Source: Terriglobia bacterium (lineage in GTDB: Bacteria > Acidobacteriota > Terriglobia > 20CM-2-55-15). Taken from it: a DNA stretch of 64,000 bases. Of this stretch, positions 62,404-64,000 are shown piece after piece. Under the pieces are notes generated by a model. It made no database searches. It was not told the DNA's origin and saw only the letters and a list, made by a program, of their open reading frames with translations. Both the position numbers and the translations under genes were made by a program. Location: positions 160,001 to 224,000 of the forward strand of contig CBDAOY010000004.1 in the NCBI GenBank assembly GCA_965198225.1, written 5' to 3'. Numbering within the stretch: position 1 is the first letter of the stretch; each line of letters starts with the position of its first letter.

Positions 62404-62588
62404 GTGCAGGTGCGGTCTATGACCGCACACTGTTCCAGCTTGAGGGAGGCGTGGGGGGACCGGACCAGCTGTCTTTCTCCACACACCCGCGCAGTGGGAT
62501 CGGTACTTGAACGCTCAAACGGTCGTCAGGAGGGGGACGGTGGGCCCGACGCTAATGAATGGTTCCGCTCATAGAGCGCACCTACACC
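62404..62588 (+). repeat. GTAG-REP doublet locus 6 (halves about 135 bp apart)
   Basis: gtgcaggtgcggtctatgaccgcac at 62404 and cgctcatagagcgcacctacacc ending 62588, with tail gaagtctcgccct. Confidence 0.8.
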
Positions 62589-62607
62589 CACACGTGAAGT
62601 CTCGCCC

Positions 62608-63219
62608 TTACAGATTCTGCTCGAGGATGCCGAGGTGAACCCGGGCGACCGCGTGCATGTAGCCGCCGGAGAGGTAAAAACGATCGGAGGCGGCGCCGCG
62701 AATGTGATCGCGCGCGCTCTCATCGTCTCCGGTCGCTTCGAAGTACAGGCCGACATAAAGGTGGGCATAGAACTGCGAGAGCGGTTCCTCGCCCGCGGCT
62801 TCCAGCACCTGCTCCGGAGTGAGTTCGCCGCGGAACATCTCGTAGATCTCCGTCATCGGGGAGCGTCGATCCGGTCCGACAGGCAGTAGAGCCTCGCGGG
62901 CCTCGTCGGGAGATGCCCCACGGGCCACGCAGAGGAAATGCCAGGCGGCGTTCTCGACGTCGTTCGGGTTCACCGTCCGATGCGACTCGAACTGGGCGCG
63001 GCAATCTTCATAGCGTCCGCCGTAGTAGAGCGCGATGCCGCGCTGCCAGAGCTCCGGGGCGAAGCCGGGGATGAGCTCGACCAGGCGGTCGAACCCCTCG
63101 TTGGATTCGGCGATGCGTCCGTTCTCGAAATCGGCAACGGCGCGATCGAATACCGACTGGGGCGACTGCGCAAAGAGGGGAACGACGAGGACCAGCACCA
63201 GGAACGGGCGTGACAGCAT
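62608..63219 (-). CDS. Secreted TPR protein (NlpI-like)
   Basis: aaggag SD; LWQRGIALYY, VNPNDVENAAWHFLC, FYAHLYVGLY. Confidence 0.8.
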   Translation of the reverse strand: MLSRPFLVLVLVVPLFAQSPQSVFDRAVADFENGRIAESNEGFDRLVELIPGFAPELWQRGIALYYGGRYEDCRAQFESHRTVNPNDVENAAWHFLCVARGASPDEAREALLPVGPDRRSPMTEIYEMFRGELTPEQVLEAAGEEPLSQFYAHLYVGLYFEATGDDESARDHIRGAASDRFYLSGGYMHAVARVHLGILEQNL

Positions 63220-63227
63220 TTGCTCCT

Positions 63228-64000
63228 TCAACGACGGAGGTCGAGGGCGACCAGCGTGTCGTCGTTCCTCACGTAGAGAAACCCATCCGACAGGGCAGGG
63301 TAAGCCCGGACCGTCCCCGGGAGGATCTGAGCCCACACGATCGGCGTGAACTCCTCAGGGGAGGCATCGACCAGGACGAGCTCGCCGCGTTCGCGAACCA
63401 CCACCAGGTGATCGCCAGCGAGCACGATGCTGCCGGCCCCGAATCGATCCACGCTCCATTGGACTTCACCTGTCTGGAACTCGACGGCCCGCAGGCTCGG
63501 GCCGAACTCCTGGCGGCCGTGGTATCCGTAGAGAAAGCCGTCCCTGTAGACGCTGGTCGCGTAGTGGTTCGAAAGGGCGTCGTTGGACGACCAGAGTTCG
63601 GTCAAACGGTCGCCGTCCCACCCCAGCACTCCGGCTCCTGGTCCGTATTCCATCGAGATGAATATCGAATCGTCGATGACCACCGGCGACGCCGCATTGA
63701 TCGATGATGCCGATCGCGACCGCCAGCGCTTTTCGAATGCCACCTTTCCTGTTTCCGGATCGAGTCCCACCAGCCCGTTGCGCGTGAAGAATATCGCGTA
63801 GGAGCGTTCGGCGATCGTCGCTCTGACCGGTGACGAATAGCTGGCCCCGTCGCGGGTCGACGTCCAGAGAACCTCCCCGTCTTTGGCGTCGAAGGCGATG
63901 ATCCCCGCATCCCGGCCGCCGATGTTGGCGATCACCCGGCCGTCTTCGACGAGCGGCGAGCTAGCGGCGCCGAAGAAACCCTTCGGGACGCGGAAACGCC
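63228..64000 (-). CDS. PQQ-like/BamB-type beta-propeller protein (5' end outside window)
   Basis: AFDAKDGEVLW, SYSSP, AASPV, YPALSDGFLYVRN. Confidence 0.8.
   Translation of the reverse strand, partial: RFRVPKGFFGAASSPLVEDGRVIANIGGRDAGIIAFDAKDGEVLWTSTRDGASYSSPVRATIAERSYAIFFTRNGLVGLDPETGKVAFEKRWRSRSASSINAASPVVIDDSIFISMEYGPGAGVLGWDGDRLTELWSSNDALSNHYATSVYRDGFLYGYHGRQEFGPSLRAVEFQTGEVQWSVDRFGAGSIVLAGDHLVVVRERGELVLVDASPEEFTPIVWAQILPGTVRAYPALSDGFLYVRNDDTLVALDLRR

Noticed and set aside
2886-62588. REP clusters as CRISPR arrays
   Set aside because: Units are inverted pairs dispersed over six loci, with conserved linkers rather than unique spacers, and no cas genes are present.

Overview
GC-rich bacterial DNA. 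The gene content (DUF1592/DUF1552/ankyrin operon, PD40 Ser/Thr kinases, many secreted beta-propeller proteins and hydrolases) suggests Acidobacteriota; this is an inference. There are about 45 genes or gene remnants, mostly envelope or secreted proteins. I found no rRNA, tRNA or CRISPR array. Mobile and repeat DNA: an IS1182-family element (16-bp TIR, CTAG duplication), an IS256-family element (8-bp duplication) that splits a secreted-protein gene, six loci of a GTAG-type REP doublet (REPIN/BIME-like), and two full copies plus two lone ends of a ~275-bp highly folded MITE with a copy-specific internal hairpin. About ten genes are damaged. These include an amber stop in a GAF-GspE ATPase, a two-component pair with both genes broken (one by a 39-nt insertion copied from both flanks), an 8-bp duplication, homopolymer frameshifts and orphan fragments. 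All functional calls come from motif recognition by eye; no database searches were run.
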